In this document: piece by piece, positions 46,881-57,144 of the stretch
Numbering within the stretch: the stretch's first letter is position 1
Layout: every line of letters begins with the position of its first letter
Assembly: GCA_963826785.1 (NCBI GenBank)
Contig: CAWGYD010000005.1
Location: 160,001 to 224,000 of the forward strand
Origin: an uncultured delta proteobacterium
GTDB lineage: Bacteria; Desulfobacterota; Desulfobacteria; Desulfobacterales; Desulfosalsimonadaceae
DNA: 64,000 nt
Direction of reading: 5' to 3'
Made by a program: the position numbers and the translations under genes
Notes under the pieces: generated by a model
The model's input: the letters and a program-made list of their open reading frames with translations, nothing else
Databases searched by the model: none
What the model was told of the DNA's origin: nothing

Positions 46881-48410
46881 TCAGGTGGTTTCGTCCGCCC
46901 GGGCATCCTTTTTGAGTTCATATTTTGAAATGAGGCGGGAGAGATAGGTGCGCTGAATACCCATGATGGAAGCGGCCTTGGTCTGGTTGCCGCCGGTCTG
47001 TTTCAGGTTGAGGATGATAAAACGCTTTTTGAATTCATCAATGGCTTCCTGGAGGGTGATTCCGGTTTCGATCCGGTCGAGGGTGATGTCTGCATTGAGC
47101 ATGGGCAAATCTTCAGGCAGGATCTGCTCACCATTTCCCATGACCACGGCCCGCTCGATGGCATTGCGGAGTTCGCGCACATTGCCCGGCCAGTCATAGC
47201 GCATCATTTTTTCCATGGCGTTCTTTGAAATGTCGACCTGGAAATTGCCCTTTTCCTTTTTGAAGGTATCGATGAAATGGCGGGCCAGGGCGGGAATATC
47301 TTCCTTGCGGTCGCGCAGCGGCGGCATATGCAGTTCCACCACATTGAGACGGTAATACAGGTCTTCCCGGAATTTGCCCTTGGGAATTTCCTCGGCAATG
47401 ACCTTGTTGGTGGCGGCGATGATGCGGATATCGACCGAAATCGGTGAATTGCCGCCGACCCGGTAAAAAACGCCGTCCTGGAGCACCCGGAGCAGCTTGG
47501 CCTGCATGCTGGGGCTCATTTCCGCGATTTCATCGAGGAAAATGGTGCTTTCGTCCGCGAGTTCAAATTTCCCGATTTTCTGTTCATTGGCGCCGGTGAA
47601 GGCCCCTTTTTCATGGCCGAACAGTTCGTCTTCCAGCAGGGATTCGGGCATGGCCGCACAGTTCAAGGTGACCATGTGCCGCTTGTTCCGGGAACTGGCC
47701 TGGTGAATCAGGCGGGCGAGCATTTCCTTCCCGGTCCCGCTTTCCCCCAGGATCAGTGTGCTGGCCATGGAATCCCCAACCTTCAGCGCATCGGTAACCA
47801 CTTTCCGGATGGCGGCGCTCTGGCCGATGATCTGGTTGCCCATGCCCAGCGCCTGCCGGAGCCCTTCGTTTTCCCGTTCAACCGTCTGAAATTTGCGGGC
47901 ATTGACGATGGCAGTGGCCGCAAGATCGGCAAATACGTTCAGCAGTTCCAGATCGCTTTCAATGAACGATCCGCTGTCCGATTTGTTGATAAATTCAATG
48001 GCGCCGATGACCTCGTTGTCGATCTTCATGGGAACACAGGCGATGGAGCGGGTCTTGAACCCGATTTTGTCGCTGATGGAGCGGTACCAGCGGCTGTCCT
48101 TGGTGACATCCTTGATCAGGAGCGGTTCACCGGTCTTGACCACGTGCCCGACGATCCCCTGCCCGATCTTTATTTCAAAATTTTTAATCTCATCTTTTTT
48201 AATGCCGGTGGTGACCTTGAAATACAGTTTCTTGGTTTTCTGGTCAAGGAGCAGCAGCGAACTGGCTTTGGCCCGCATAATCCGCGTTCCCGTCTCCATA
48301 ATCAACTCGAGGAGCTGATTGAGATCATGAACGAACGACACCCAGGTGGAAATATCTTTTAAATGATCGATGGACAGATCTTTATATGTCTGTGTCTGTG
48401 CGGCTTTCAT
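46881..48410 (-). CDS. GAF-AAA+-HTH sigma54 enhancer-binding protein
   Basis: N-terminal GAF, GESGTGKE, ELFGHEKGAFTGA, FLDEI, WPGNVREL, Fis-type HTH. Confidence 0.95.
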   Translation of the reverse strand: MKAAQTQTYKDLSIDHLKDISTWVSFVHDLNQLLELIMETGTRIMRAKASSLLLLDQKTKKLYFKVTTGIKKDEIKNFEIKIGQGIVGHVVKTGEPLLIKDVTKDSRWYRSISDKIGFKTRSIACVPMKIDNEVIGAIEFINKSDSGSFIESDLELLNVFADLAATAIVNARKFQTVERENEGLRQALGMGNQIIGQSAAIRKVVTDALKVGDSMASTLILGESGTGKEMLARLIHQASSRNKRHMVTLNCAAMPESLLEDELFGHEKGAFTGANEQKIGKFELADESTIFLDEIAEMSPSMQAKLLRVLQDGVFYRVGGNSPISVDIRIIAATNKVIAEEIPKGKFREDLYYRLNVVELHMPPLRDRKEDIPALARHFIDTFKKEKGNFQVDISKNAMEKMMRYDWPGNVRELRNAIERAVVMGNGEQILPEDLPMLNADITLDRIETGITLQEAIDEFKKRFIILNLKQTGGNQTKAASIMGIQRTYLSRLISKYELKKDARADETT

Positions 48411-48772
48411 ATTGGATTTTTAAAAATTCCCTTCAAAAAAAAATATTTATCATTGGGTGTATGTTTTGGGTATCAGTTGGATAAATGATATTTGTTATAA
48501 AAAAGTGTAAATGTCAAGACGCCGTGTGGGCGCTATTTTCATAAATATATGTTGCTTGTCCGGTTTTCGCCAATTCGGCGGTGATGGAAATGCCCGCCGG
48601 CTTTAGTGAAATGCCTGAAAATGGCTATCATTTGGTAATAAGTATTTTTTTATTATAGATTTTTAACGTTCCCGGCTAAATCCGGACGGGAACTGGGCCC
48701 TTAAAAAAAATGGTTTAAATTATGGGGTTTCAGACGTGAATGCCTATCATTTGTCAATGGTCCTTTAATAAA

Positions 48773-48904
48773 GATGAACCCGTAAAAAGTCCAAAGTTCG
48801 TCACTCCGGTGAAAACCGGAGTCTATAACCAACTTAGTTTGTAGTAGATTCCGGCCTCCGCCGGAATGACGAAAGCGTAAAATCCGACTTTTTACGGTTT
48901 CATC
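48773..48904. mobile_element. 132-bp MITE, copy 2
   Basis: 19-bp TIRs (18/19 match); perfect AATAAA direct repeat on both flanks. Confidence 0.9.
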
Positions 48905-48946
48905 AATAAAGGATCCTTTAATAATTGGAGAGGGGGGTTGATTGTC

Positions 48947-50101
48947 ATGCAGATTAAACGGATTTTGATCAAAATTTTCGGTTCTGCGGGCCTGCTTGTA
49001 CTGCTGCTGGCCATGTTTATCGAGGTACGCTATGGCGGGGGCACTGCCGACTTTCCGGACCGGACCACCACCCCGTTGTATCCGGGCGGAATCCTTGAGA
49101 CCGTTGCCGACCTTCCGTTGCCGCCGGGCAATCTGGCAATTTCGGAGGACGGCCGGCTTTTTTTCTCGTTTCATCCCGAGGCCCGGCCCCATATACGTGT
49201 GGCGGAGTGGAAAAACGGGCAGGCCGTGCCGTATCCGTCAGAAGCCTATCAGGGGTCCGGCAGCCAGGATGTTTTTTTCGATACCGTGCTGTCGGTGCGC
49301 ATCGACGGGCAGAACCGGTTGTGGACCCTGGACCTGGCCAATCACGGCCTGGGCCAGCCGCGGCTGCTGGCATTTGATCTGGCCACGGATCAATTGGTTC
49401 ACCGCTTTGATTTCCCGGATGAGTACGCCGGACTGGGTTCGCATTTAAACGATTTTCAGGTGGACCCGGAAGGCAAGACCCTCTACATCGCCGATGCATC
49501 GATTCTGGCCAAGACACCGGCGATCCTTGTTTACGATGTCGATGCGCAAAAATGCAGGAGACTGCTTGAATCCGACCCTTCTGTTTTGCCGGAGCCTTAC
49601 GTCCCGGTGGTGGGCGGCCGAAAGATGGAAATTTTCGGCATTTTCGCCATCCGCCCCGGAGTCGACTCCATCGCCCTGGACAAGGACGGAAAATGGCTCT
49701 ATTTCGCCCCCGTCACCGCCACCCACATGTATCGGATCCGGACGACGGACCTGAAAAACCCGGACCTGTCCAGCCAGGAATTGTCCGCCCGGGTGGAGGA
49801 ATTTGCGCCAAAATCAATGAGCGACGGGCTGAGCATGGATGCCCAAAACAATATCTACATCACCGACATGGAGCATTTCGCCATCCTTCGGCTGACCCCG
49901 GACAAAGGCCTGCAGACACTGATCATCGACGACCGGCTGCGATGGCCCGACGGTCTGGGGTTCGGGCCGGACGGATACCTGTACGTCAGCTGCAGTGCCC
50001 TGCACCAGGTGATCGGCAGGACCCCCGGGTTCATCAAGAATCATTCCCCTTACCAGATCTTTCGCTTCACGCCGGGAGTGGACGGCATTCCCGGTCATTG
50101 A
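48947..50101 (+). CDS. Major royal jelly/yellow-like (SMP-30/gluconolactonase-type) beta-propeller protein
   Basis: N-terminal TM; IDGQNRLWTLD, LNDF, DSIAL, SDGLSMD, WPDG. Confidence 0.82.
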   Translation: MQIKRILIKIFGSAGLLVLLLAMFIEVRYGGGTADFPDRTTTPLYPGGILETVADLPLPPGNLAISEDGRLFFSFHPEARPHIRVAEWKNGQAVPYPSEAYQGSGSQDVFFDTVLSVRIDGQNRLWTLDLANHGLGQPRLLAFDLATDQLVHRFDFPDEYAGLGSHLNDFQVDPEGKTLYIADASILAKTPAILVYDVDAQKCRRLLESDPSVLPEPYVPVVGGRKMEIFGIFAIRPGVDSIALDKDGKWLYFAPVTATHMYRIRTTDLKNPDLSSQELSARVEEFAPKSMSDGLSMDAQNNIYITDMEHFAILRLTPDKGLQTLIIDDRLRWPDGLGFGPDGYLYVSCSALHQVIGRTPGFIKNHSPYQIFRFTPGVDGIPGH

Positions 50102-50388
50102 AAAATTCCCGTCATCATGGTCATGCAGACACCCGCCTGCGCCTGTCCTTTTTAGGCGTGCAGGCGGGGTGCCTGGCTCATCGGCGAGAACGTTTCGCAA
50201 ATTTCGTTTTCTGAAGAAAAGACCCCGTCAATAAACCTTAAATATTCTTTGAATGCCCCCCCTTTTGTGAAGTGCCACACGGTTTGCAAAAGATACCCCG
50301 TTGCTTATTATTTTGATCACGCCATTGCGTGGATGCCATATAAATCAATGATTTTTATAATTTTGACCAGCAAGGACAGAGCACCGGC

Positions 50389-53300
50389 ATGTCATCACAG
50401 GATGCGGTTTATGAAAAAAAAGGAATATGCGGCATCTGCAGCGCGGGATGCTGGGTCGTTGTTAAATATGATGAGCAAAACAGAATGGTGGGCGTCCGGC
50501 CGGATGATTCCTCCGATATGGGCATCCTGTGCCGCATCGGCGAAAAAGCGCCCGAGATCGTCTACTCGCCCCACCGCCTGAAATACCCCTTGAAGCGAAA
50601 AGGGGAAAAGGGAAGCTATGATTTCGAGCGGATCTCCTGGAATCAGGCCTATGAGACCATTGTTGAAAATTTAAACCGGATCAAGGCCGAATCCGGCCCC
50701 GAAGCCACTGCCATCTACACCGGGGTCGGCACCTTCGAACTGGCCCTGTGCGATGTTTTTCAGCCCAAACAGGTCCGGGTATCGTCTGCCTCCAGCGTGC
50801 TTTTCCCCTTCGGGTCGCCGCACACCATGGGGGTCGGCGCGCTCTGCTACGTGGCCTACGGCATGATCGCCCCGCATGTCACCTTCGGCGGCATGCTGGT
50901 GGACATGTACAACGACATCGAAAATTCCGAATTGATCGTGGTGTGGGGGACCAACCCGGCAACGGACCTGCCCCCCATCGACATGAAGCGGATCCTTTCG
51001 GCAAAGGGCCGGGGAGCGGAAGTGGTGGTGATCGATCCCCGGCGGACCGAAACCGTGGGGCTCACCGACGCCTTGTGGCTCCCCATCCGTCCGGGCACCG
51101 ATGGGGCCCTGGCGCTGGGGCTCTGCAATGTCCTTATCGAAGAAGAACTCTATGATGAAAGTTTCGTGGAAAACTGGACCCTCGGGTTTGACGATTTTTC
51201 CAGCTACGTCCAGCATTACCGCCCCGAGGTGGTTTCCCGGATTACCGGCATCGATGAACAGGAGATCGTTTCCCTGGCCCGGCGGCTGGCCGCCGCCCGG
51301 GGCGCTTCCCAGTTGATGTACACCGGGCTTGAATACAGCAATTCCGGGGTCCAGGCCATCCGGGCGGCCTTTACCCTGTGGGCCCTGGCCGGCCAGCTCG
51401 ATGTGCCCGGCGGCCGCTGTTTCCTGATGAAGGACAACGTCTTTCCCATCAACCGCGACGGCCTGGTGGACAGCCCTGAAGGGGTTTCACACCTGGGGGA
51501 GGACAAATTCCCCGTGTACGTTCATTACCGGGACGAATCCCACGCCATCGCCCTTCCGGAATCCGTATTGAATGAAAACCCGTATAAAATCCGATCGCTC
51601 ATCATCCAGGGCGGGTCCATCACCACCTCCTGGCCCAATCCGGACCTGTGGCGAAGGACCTTGAACGGGCTTGATTTCCTGGTCTGCATCGATCGGCAGA
51701 TGACCGCAGACGCGGCCTATGCCGATATCGTGCTGCCGGCCTGCACCTATTATGAAACCGAATCGTACATGACCTATGGTTCCGTGTTTAAAATCCGGGA
51801 GCAGATGATCGAGCCGGTGGGTGAGGCGAGATCGGATTTTTTCATTATGGCGGAACTGGCCCGGCGGCTCGGCTACGGGCATCTCTATCCCCAGACTCCC
51901 CGGGAGATGTTTGATTACGTGTTGAAGGGAAGCGGGTTTACCATCGATGAGATCCGGGCCCGGGGCGGCATGGTCTCGGTGGATACATCCATGATGCAGT
52001 ACAAGAAATGGGAAAAAGGGCTTCTGCGCAAGGATGGCAATCCGGGATTTGACACCCCTTCGGGAAAATTTGAGATCGCCTCGTCCATACTGGAGGAATT
52101 CGGCTACGATCCGCTTCCGGTGTACACGGAGCCCGCGGAAGGGCCGCTTTCCCGGCCGGACCTGCTGGATGCGTTCCCCCTGGTGTTCAATTCCGGCGGC
52201 CGGATGCGCACCAGCTTTCATACCCAGCACCACGGCATTAAAAGCCTGAACAAAGAGCGGCCCGAACCGGCGGTGACCATCAGCGCACTCGATGCCCAGG
52301 CCCGCGGGATCGCCGACGGCGACAAAGTGGTCATTTCCACCCCCCGGGGATCGCTGACCATGCGGGCCATGGTCTCGGAAAACATCGCCCCCGGATGCAT
52401 CGACGCCAATCATGCCTGCGGCAGTCCCGTTGGCCCGAAAGCCTGGCAGGATACCAACATCAACGACCTGACCGACCTGGACCAGTATGATCCCATCTCC
52501 GGGTTTCCCGTCTACAAGTGCCTCCTGTGCGATGTCGAAAAGGCCTCCGGAAGCCAGGACCGGCTTCAGATGAAGGCGTTGGCCCTTGGGCCGGAGATTT
52601 TACGACCCAAGGCGAACCGTGCGCCCCTGCGTGAAATTTACCTGGACAACAACGCCACCACGGCCATTTCCACAGAAGTCCGCGAGGCCATGGTGGCGGC
52701 CATGTCGGTTCACGGCAATCCATCGAGCATCCATGAGGCAGGCACCCGCGCCCGGAAAATCATCGACGGTGCCCGCCGGAAGGTGGCCGCCGCGCTCAAC
52801 TGCACCTCCAGAAGGATCATCTTTACCGGGTGCGGGTCCGAGGCCAACAACATGGCCATCAAAGGCATTGTCCTGTCCAATGGCCGATCCGATCGTCATG
52901 TGATCACCTCGTCCATCGAGCATCCGTCCGTTCTGGCCGCCTGCAGGTGGCTGGAGCAGCGCGGGGTTGATGTCACCTATGTGCCGGTGGATGCAACGGG
53001 CCGGATTGACCCCGATGATGTCAAAGCGGCCATCACGCCGAAGACCTGCCTGATCACCATCATGGCCGCCAACAACGAGACCGGCGCCATCCAGCCCGTC
53101 AAAGAAATTGCGGAAATCGCCGGGGAAAAAGGGATCGCATTTCATGTCGACGGCATTCAGGCCTTCGGCAAAATCCCGGTGGATGTCTCCGAATGGGGGT
53201 GCGGGCTGCTTTCCATGTCCGCCCACAAGCTTTACGGCCCCAAGGGCGTGGGGGCCCTGTATGTCGGCAGGGATGTCGCCCTGGATGCACTGATCCATGG

Positions 53301-53784
53301 CGGCGGGCATGAACACGGCCTGCGGTCCGGAACGGAAAACACCGTGGGCATCGCCGGGTTCGGAAAAGCCTGCGAACACCTCCCGTCCGTGCTGGACCGG
53401 ATGGATCAGGTCAGGGGGCTTCGGGACCGGCTGGAGGCGGTGATCGCAACTGCCGTTCCCGACTACCGGTTGAACGGGCCCCAAAACCATCGACTCCCCA
53501 ACACCCTCAATGTCACCCTGCCGGGATTTCGGGGGGAATCCCTGGTGGTGGCCCTGGCCCGCAAAGGCATCTATTTTTCATCCGGCTCCGCCTGCCATGC
53601 GGGGTCCTCCGATCCGTCCCATGCGCTTCTGGCCATGGGGTTGAGCGAAGCAGACGCCCACTGCGCCCTGCGGTTTTCTCTTTCTGTCGATACCCGCGCC
53701 GAAGACATCGATCAAGTCGGGGCGCTGCTGACCCAAACCTTAAACGAATCCAGGCAGCTGGTCCATTTCGTACCGTGCCGGTAA
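50389..53784 (+). CDS. Molybdopterin oxidoreductase - cysteine desulfurase fusion (metallopterin-dependent ergothioneine synthase-like)
   Basis: CGICSAGC..C Fe-S motif, WGTNP, ADIVLP; then YLDNNATT, SAHKLYGPKG, SGSAC; C-terminal VPCR; next to egtD. Confidence 0.88.
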   Translation: MSSQDAVYEKKGICGICSAGCWVVVKYDEQNRMVGVRPDDSSDMGILCRIGEKAPEIVYSPHRLKYPLKRKGEKGSYDFERISWNQAYETIVENLNRIKAESGPEATAIYTGVGTFELALCDVFQPKQVRVSSASSVLFPFGSPHTMGVGALCYVAYGMIAPHVTFGGMLVDMYNDIENSELIVVWGTNPATDLPPIDMKRILSAKGRGAEVVVIDPRRTETVGLTDALWLPIRPGTDGALALGLCNVLIEEELYDESFVENWTLGFDDFSSYVQHYRPEVVSRITGIDEQEIVSLARRLAAARGASQLMYTGLEYSNSGVQAIRAAFTLWALAGQLDVPGGRCFLMKDNVFPINRDGLVDSPEGVSHLGEDKFPVYVHYRDESHAIALPESVLNENPYKIRSLIIQGGSITTSWPNPDLWRRTLNGLDFLVCIDRQMTADAAYADIVLPACTYYETESYMTYGSVFKIREQMIEPVGEARSDFFIMAELARRLGYGHLYPQTPREMFDYVLKGSGFTIDEIRARGGMVSVDTSMMQYKKWEKGLLRKDGNPGFDTPSGKFEIASSILEEFGYDPLPVYTEPAEGPLSRPDLLDAFPLVFNSGGRMRTSFHTQHHGIKSLNKERPEPAVTISALDAQARGIADGDKVVISTPRGSLTMRAMVSENIAPGCIDANHACGSPVGPKAWQDTNINDLTDLDQYDPISGFPVYKCLLCDVEKASGSQDRLQMKALALGPEILRPKANRAPLREIYLDNNATTAISTEVREAMVAAMSVHGNPSSIHEAGTRARKIIDGARRKVAAALNCTSRRIIFTGCGSEANNMAIKGIVLSNGRSDRHVITSSIEHPSVLAACRWLEQRGVDVTYVPVDATGRIDPDDVKAAITPKTCLITIMAANNETGAIQPVKEIAEIAGEKGIAFHVDGIQAFGKIPVDVSEWGCGLLSMSAHKLYGPKGVGALYVGRDVALDALIHGGGHEHGLRSGTENTVGIAGFGKACEHLPSVLDRMDQVRGLRDRLEAVIATAVPDYRLNGPQNHRLPNTLNVTLPGFRGESLVVALARKGIYFSSGSACHAGSSDPSHALLAMGLSEADAHCALRFSLSVDTRAEDIDQVGALLTQTLNESRQLVHFVPCR

Positions 53785-53803
53785 TCGCCTGCAAGAGGTA
53801 TAT

Positions 53804-54796
53804 ATGAATGTAAACCCCAATTCCTTCAGCGTCGTCCAGCCCATCCCGGCCGAGAAATGCGATGATTTTGCAAAGGATGTCTTAATCGGGCTTTCCCGCC
53901 CCCAAAAGCGGATTCCCTGCAAGCACCTCTATGATGACACCGGATCGATGCTGTTTACCCGCATTACCGAACTTCCGGAATATTATCCCACCGCCTGCGA
54001 AATGGAGATCCTGTTGACCCATCGCAAGACGCTGGGTGAAATCATTCCGGAAAACAGGCTCAATATCGTCGAACTGGGAGCGGGTGACGGGCAGAAGACC
54101 CGGGTTCTGGTCGATTATTTCCTGGACCGGGACCGCAGCTTCCATTACGTCCCCATCGACATCTCCCAAAGCGCGGTGGAATGCCTGTCTTCCGATTTTC
54201 TGGCGGCTTTTCCGGACCTGTCCATCACCGGCATCGTGTCGGACTATTTCATCGGGCTGGACTGGCTGGCCGAACAGAATCACTGCACCAATGTCGTCCT
54301 GTTCCTGGGGTCCACCATCGGAAACCTGACCCCGGAGGAGCGGCAGATGTTTTTGTCCCGATTGCAGGCCTGTCTGAACCCGGGAGATTACGTCCTGATC
54401 GGGTATGACCTGAAAAAGGACGTGGACCTTGTCACCCGGGCGTACAATGATGCGGAAGGGGTGACCGCGCAGTTCAACCTGAACCTGCTTGCGCGGATGA
54501 ACGCGGAACTCGATGCCCGGTTCGACCTGGAGGCATTTGAATACCACAGCCGGTGGAACGAGAAAGCGGGCGCTATCCAGAGTTTCCTGGTCAGCCGGAT
54601 GGATCAGACCGTGCCGGTGGGCTCACTGGACCGCGAGTTTTCATTTACTTCAAATGAGCCGCTGCACACGGAATCCTCCTACAAATTCACCGTGGGCGGA
54701 ATCGAAGATGAGGTGCGGGCGCTTGGATTTGAAGTGGTGTCTCATTTTTTCGACCACCGCCGTTATTTCGCGGACAGTCTTTTGAGGATACATTGA
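53804..54796 (+). CDS. egtD: L-histidine N-alpha-methyltransferase (EgtD/EanA family)
   Basis: KHLYDDTGSMLF..ITELPEYYPT, ELGAGDGQKT, FLGSTIGN, AYNDAEGVT..FNLNLL, HTESSYKF. Confidence 0.92.
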   Translation: MNVNPNSFSVVQPIPAEKCDDFAKDVLIGLSRPQKRIPCKHLYDDTGSMLFTRITELPEYYPTACEMEILLTHRKTLGEIIPENRLNIVELGAGDGQKTRVLVDYFLDRDRSFHYVPIDISQSAVECLSSDFLAAFPDLSITGIVSDYFIGLDWLAEQNHCTNVVLFLGSTIGNLTPEERQMFLSRLQACLNPGDYVLIGYDLKKDVDLVTRAYNDAEGVTAQFNLNLLARMNAELDARFDLEAFEYHSRWNEKAGAIQSFLVSRMDQTVPVGSLDREFSFTSNEPLHTESSYKFTVGGIEDEVRALGFEVVSHFFDHRRYFADSLLRIH

Positions 54797-54872
54797 TCCG
54801 AAATGACGGGTAAGGAAATTGCAGGACTTTATCCGACTTATAAATGTGATGAAGCCGGATAACGGGATCACA

Positions 54873-55799
54873 TTATTTTGACAGAAACCGCCTGTAAACC
54901 ATTGCGGATTTTTCCGGGTATTCCATAATCGGCAGATGCCCGCATTGCTCGATCAATTCGACCTTAAGCCCGGGGTGATGCGATTTCAGGATTTCGGCAC
55001 CGCCGGGATTCAATATCCGGTCCTCTTTTCCCCAGATCACCAGCACCGGTCCAGGATATCGGCCGATCCGCTCTTCCAGTGAATAGCGGTGTGAGGTCAG
55101 GTCCCCCACTGCTTTTTTAAGGAAATCCCTGCTCGAAACAAATTTTTGCTGGTAGTAGATTCTCACCGGCCGGGGGAAGAACGGTTGATGAACAAAATTG
55201 AGATCCATGAGCCGCCGGAAATCAGCAGCGTTATTCACGATGAACGGATTTTCGCCCCTGTCGAACATTTTCATGAGTTCGGATGCCGGTGCGCTCAAAA
55301 CGCCTGCCGGGGCGACGAGCAGCAGGGACTCGACCCGGTCGGGATGCTGAGCCGCGTATTCACCGGCAATGGCGCCGCCCATGGAATGCCCGCCGAGGTG
55401 GAAAGATGAAATGCCCATGGATTTGATGAATACATCGAGCCGCCCGGCCTGGGAGACGATATCATAGGCGGCTTTCATGTCGCGGGTAGATTCGCCGAAT
55501 CCAGGCAGATCCGGTATGACCACCCGGTAATCATGCGTCAGGCGGCGGGCGAACCGGAGAAAATTGTCCTTGTCCCCCCCGAAGCCGTGAACCAATACGA
55601 TGACGGGGCCGTCGCCTCCCTCAAGGAATGCAAACCGGGTCCCGTTGACAGTGATGGCGTTTTCATGCAGGCCGGCCGCCAGGCGTTCCGCGTCAATCCC
55701 GGCCCGGGCCAGCCATGCCGGCGACGCATAGTACAGGCCGGCCAGGGCGATCAGCAATCCGGAAAATAGAAGGAAAAAGGCCTTTGATTTCTTTTTCAT
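54873..55799 (-). CDS. Alpha/beta hydrolase (lipase/esterase), N-terminally anchored
   Basis: HGFGG, DLPGFGES, GHSMGG, D and GH triad. Confidence 0.9.
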   Translation of the reverse strand: MKKKSKAFFLLFSGLLIALAGLYYASPAWLARAGIDAERLAAGLHENAITVNGTRFAFLEGGDGPVIVLVHGFGGDKDNFLRFARRLTHDYRVVIPDLPGFGESTRDMKAAYDIVSQAGRLDVFIKSMGISSFHLGGHSMGGAIAGEYAAQHPDRVESLLLVAPAGVLSAPASELMKMFDRGENPFIVNNAADFRRLMDLNFVHQPFFPRPVRIYYQQKFVSSRDFLKKAVGDLTSHRYSLEERIGRYPGPVLVIWGKEDRILNPGGAEILKSHHPGLKVELIEQCGHLPIMEYPEKSAMVYRRFLSK

Positions 55800-56010
55800 G
55801 AAAACTCCTTTCGCAAATCCGTTGGCGTTGCATAGACATAAGAATATAGACCCGGCAGGTCAATATGTTTTTCCGAAGGATTTAAAGATTCTATGTATTT
55901 CAATCCGGATTCATCGGATTTTCGTTTGCATCAGGAGTTGAATCCCTCTAAAATAAAGATAAAAATTCAAACGCTGAGTTTAAAATGCATACCTGAACAC
56001 GGGACGGAGA

Positions 56011-57126
56011 ATGAAATTGCTGGATCGATGGATAAAAAGCGTATTTCTGATATCAATGTTCATGCTGCTGCCGGCATGCACCTATATGACCCATCCGGAT
56101 CAGGTGATCCATGATCCGGCAAGGGATCGGGACTGGGGGAAAGCCCAGCCCACCGCAAAGGATCGGGCGGCCCATGACATCGAGGGGGATCAACCCTTTG
56201 AGTGGTGGTACTTCGACGGGCATCTGGACAACGGACAGACCTTCGTGGGGGTGTTTCATCTGCCCAGCTTTGTCACCAACGAACCGGCCGTCACCTTTTC
56301 GCTCTATGATCCGGACTGGACCCGGCTGGATTTCAGTAAAAGCATCAGCAAAGAAGATTTCGAGGCATCCAAACAAGACATTCACATCGAAACACCGGCC
56401 GGATTCGTCCGCCGCCTCGATGACAAGACATACCATGTCCGCTGGATCATGGACGGATTGGATGCGGATTTTACCCTGACCACCTTGGCGCCGGGATGGC
56501 GGCCGATGGAAGAAAACGGGAAGGTCAATCAGCAGTCCCAGGAGTTTTTCTGGGTGGTGCACCAGGCGAGAAACCGGATCGAAGGGACGCTTACCGTAAA
56601 CGGACAGACCTCCCAGGTGACGGGAGAAGGGTATGCGGATCACAACTGGGGCCGGAAAAAATTGAACAAGATCACCCGCCGCTGGGTGTGGGGCCGGATT
56701 ATTGCCGGCGATTACACCATTATCTATGCCGATGTCGAATACCGCGATCCCAAGGTGGTCTCCCGGCCCCTGTATATCGCCAAAGGTGATAAAATGCTGG
56801 TGGGTTCCGGAAGCCCCGCCATCCGGCAATGGAAATTCAGGACCCATAAAGAGCTGAAACGGTACTATCCGAGGCGGCTTTCCATTGTTTACGAAGACGA
56901 GAACATCTCGGCGGACATCGAAATCGCCCGCAAAGAACTGGTGGAGGCGGTGAACCTGCTCAAAGCCGGCGGATATCCCGCCATCGTGCGCTGGCCCATC
57001 CAATGGTTTGTCGCCCGGCCGTCCTACTTCCGGGTGATCGGGGATTATGAAGGTGAAATCATGATCGATGGAAAAGTGGACAACATTTCAGGGCAATGCC
57101 TGTATGAAGTAATGGAATTTGATTGA
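56011..57126 (+). CDS. CrtC/AttH-like lipocalin-fold lipoprotein
   Basis: Lipobox LPAC; EWWYFD and GxGYxDHNWG motifs. Confidence 0.7.
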   Translation: MKLLDRWIKSVFLISMFMLLPACTYMTHPDQVIHDPARDRDWGKAQPTAKDRAAHDIEGDQPFEWWYFDGHLDNGQTFVGVFHLPSFVTNEPAVTFSLYDPDWTRLDFSKSISKEDFEASKQDIHIETPAGFVRRLDDKTYHVRWIMDGLDADFTLTTLAPGWRPMEENGKVNQQSQEFFWVVHQARNRIEGTLTVNGQTSQVTGEGYADHNWGRKKLNKITRRWVWGRIIAGDYTIIYADVEYRDPKVVSRPLYIAKGDKMLVGSGSPAIRQWKFRTHKELKRYYPRRLSIVYEDENISADIEIARKELVEAVNLLKAGGYPAIVRWPIQWFVARPSYFRVIGDYEGEIMIDGKVDNISGQCLYEVMEFD

Positions 57127-57144
57127 AAAGCTTTGCCCCGCATC

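Noticed and set aside
46881..53784. nifA/nifS nitrogen-fixation cluster
   Set aside because: No nitrogenase genes; the desulfurase is fused to a molybdopterin domain beside egtD
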